A stretch of DNA of 29,198 nucleotides from an uncultured Azospirillaceae bacterium (lineage in GTDB: Bacteria > Pseudomonadota > Alphaproteobacteria > RF32 > CAG-239): assembly GCA_964371845.1 (NCBI GenBank), contig CAYJOO010000002.1, positions 1 to 29,198 on the forward strand, in the 5' to 3' direction. Both the position numbers and the translations under genes were made by a program. The notes below the pieces were generated by a model. It saw only the letters and a list, made by a program, of their open reading frames with translations. It was not told the origin of the DNA and ran no database searches. Below, in pieces: positions 28,322 to 29,198 of the stretch; the stretch's first letter is position 1, and the number at the start of each line of letters is the position of its first letter.

Positions 28322-29198
28322 TTATTTTATTCTGTTCTCAATACCGTCTCTTTCATCGAATTCTATGTCTTTTAATAAAAAGCAAGCAAATTCTTCTGAG
28401 ACCACTGTCACCCCTTTCCAATGATGAAAACCATACGACTTGGCAACAATATCTTGCGCCTCATGCAAAGTAACGCCTTTGTTTTTTGCAATTTGTTTTG
28501 AAAACTTTTTTAATTTTTCTATTGCAATTTCCTTAAAGCTTTTTTGTAACTCTGCTGCTTTTTGATATATTGCCTCCATGACTTCTTTTGAAACAAATAT
28601 ATCTTTTTTTAAGCCTAAATCTTTGTGATTGTTTTTTAAGTATCTGGTTTGATGATGCTCTTGGAAGTCATAATTAACAATAACTGTGCCATCTGAGAAA
28701 ATTGCAATCTTATCTCTGTCTTTTATTGGCAGTCTTGTGTCTGCAAAAGTTACACATCTGTTATTGTTGTCAAATAACTCTGCAACTATTTCTTTGGTTG
28801 TTTTTTCTCTTGCAAGTGGGGCAACTTTTGCTTTTTGATGAATTTCATCAAGATATGACTGAGGCACAACCTCATCTGCAGAAATTGTTTTTATATCTGA
28901 TATATAATTGCTGATTGCCATTTTTTGACCACGGGTGCGGTCATTTGAGATGACAACTCTGCCGTTTTCAAAAACAGCAAATTTGTTTTTTATTTCTGGC
29001 ATTGCATCTTGATTATCAATCATCATGCTTTGGCTTATCAACTCTTTTACATATTCATCTTGTGGCTTTATTGTGCGTTCTACCATTTTGTTTTTAAACA
29101 TTTGTCTGGCGTGTGAGTATATCCAGTCTATTAAATTCATTTTTGCATATATAACTTCTTTTACATCAATTCCCATAAGTTTTGCTTGGGCTTTTATG
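28322..29198 (-). CDS. Hypothetical repeat protein (5' end probably outside the window) with a small C-terminal helical domain
   Basis: The frame stays open to the window edge (IKAQAKL-MGIDV...) and there is no RBS before ATG 29176. Internal ~91-aa repeats. C-terminal LKKFSKQIAKNKGVTLHEAQDIVAKSYGFHHW. Confidence 0.75.
   Translation of the reverse strand, partial: IKAQAKLMGIDVKEVIYAKMNLIDWIYSHARQMFKNKMVERTIKPQDEYVKELISQSMMIDNQDAMPEIKNKFAVFENGRVVISNDRTRGQKMAISNYISDIKTISADEVVPQSYLDEIHQKAKVAPLAREKTTKEIVAELFDNNNRCVTFADTRLPIKDRDKIAIFSDGTVIVNYDFQEHHQTRYLKNNHKDLGLKKDIFVSKEVMEAIYQKAAELQKSFKEIAIEKLKKFSKQIAKNKGVTLHEAQDIVAKSYGFHHWKGVTVVSEEFACFLLKDIEFDERDGIENRIK

Overview
AT-rich (roughly 30-33% GC by eye), densely coded bacterial chromosomal segment. 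It is most consistent with a streamlined, probably host-associated alphaproteobacterium: an F1-only atpHAGDC operon, adjacent mtaB-ftsY, an XseA C-terminal QxxLF tail and many TAATG stop/start overlaps. Housekeeping content: fabG (partial), fabD, uppP, atpHAGDC, a double-CDGSH Fe-S protein, rlmN, tRNA-Ser(GCT), an M23 peptidase, lgt-mtaB-ftsY-xseA, a coupled glgB-glgX-malQ-tldD-pmbA operon, a TPR/SAM methyltransferase and a SugE/Gdx-like SMR transporter. I saw no mobile element, CRISPR array or rRNA. Best leads: (1) a small DUF2934-like protein with a histone-H1-like Lys/Ala tail, divergent from the glycogen operon, as a possible glycogen-granule/nucleoid tether; (2) a Firmicutes/Fusobacteria-type TldD/PmbA pair coupled to the glycogen operon; (3) three ORFans with hidden structure (an HExxH metallopeptidase, a tandem OB/S1-like protein and a ~91-aa repeat protein); (4) two local lesions, an M23 frameshift with clustered G>T changes and an apparent 9-nt deletion beside the MalQ catalytic Asp. 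No complete novel system can be proven from the sequence alone.
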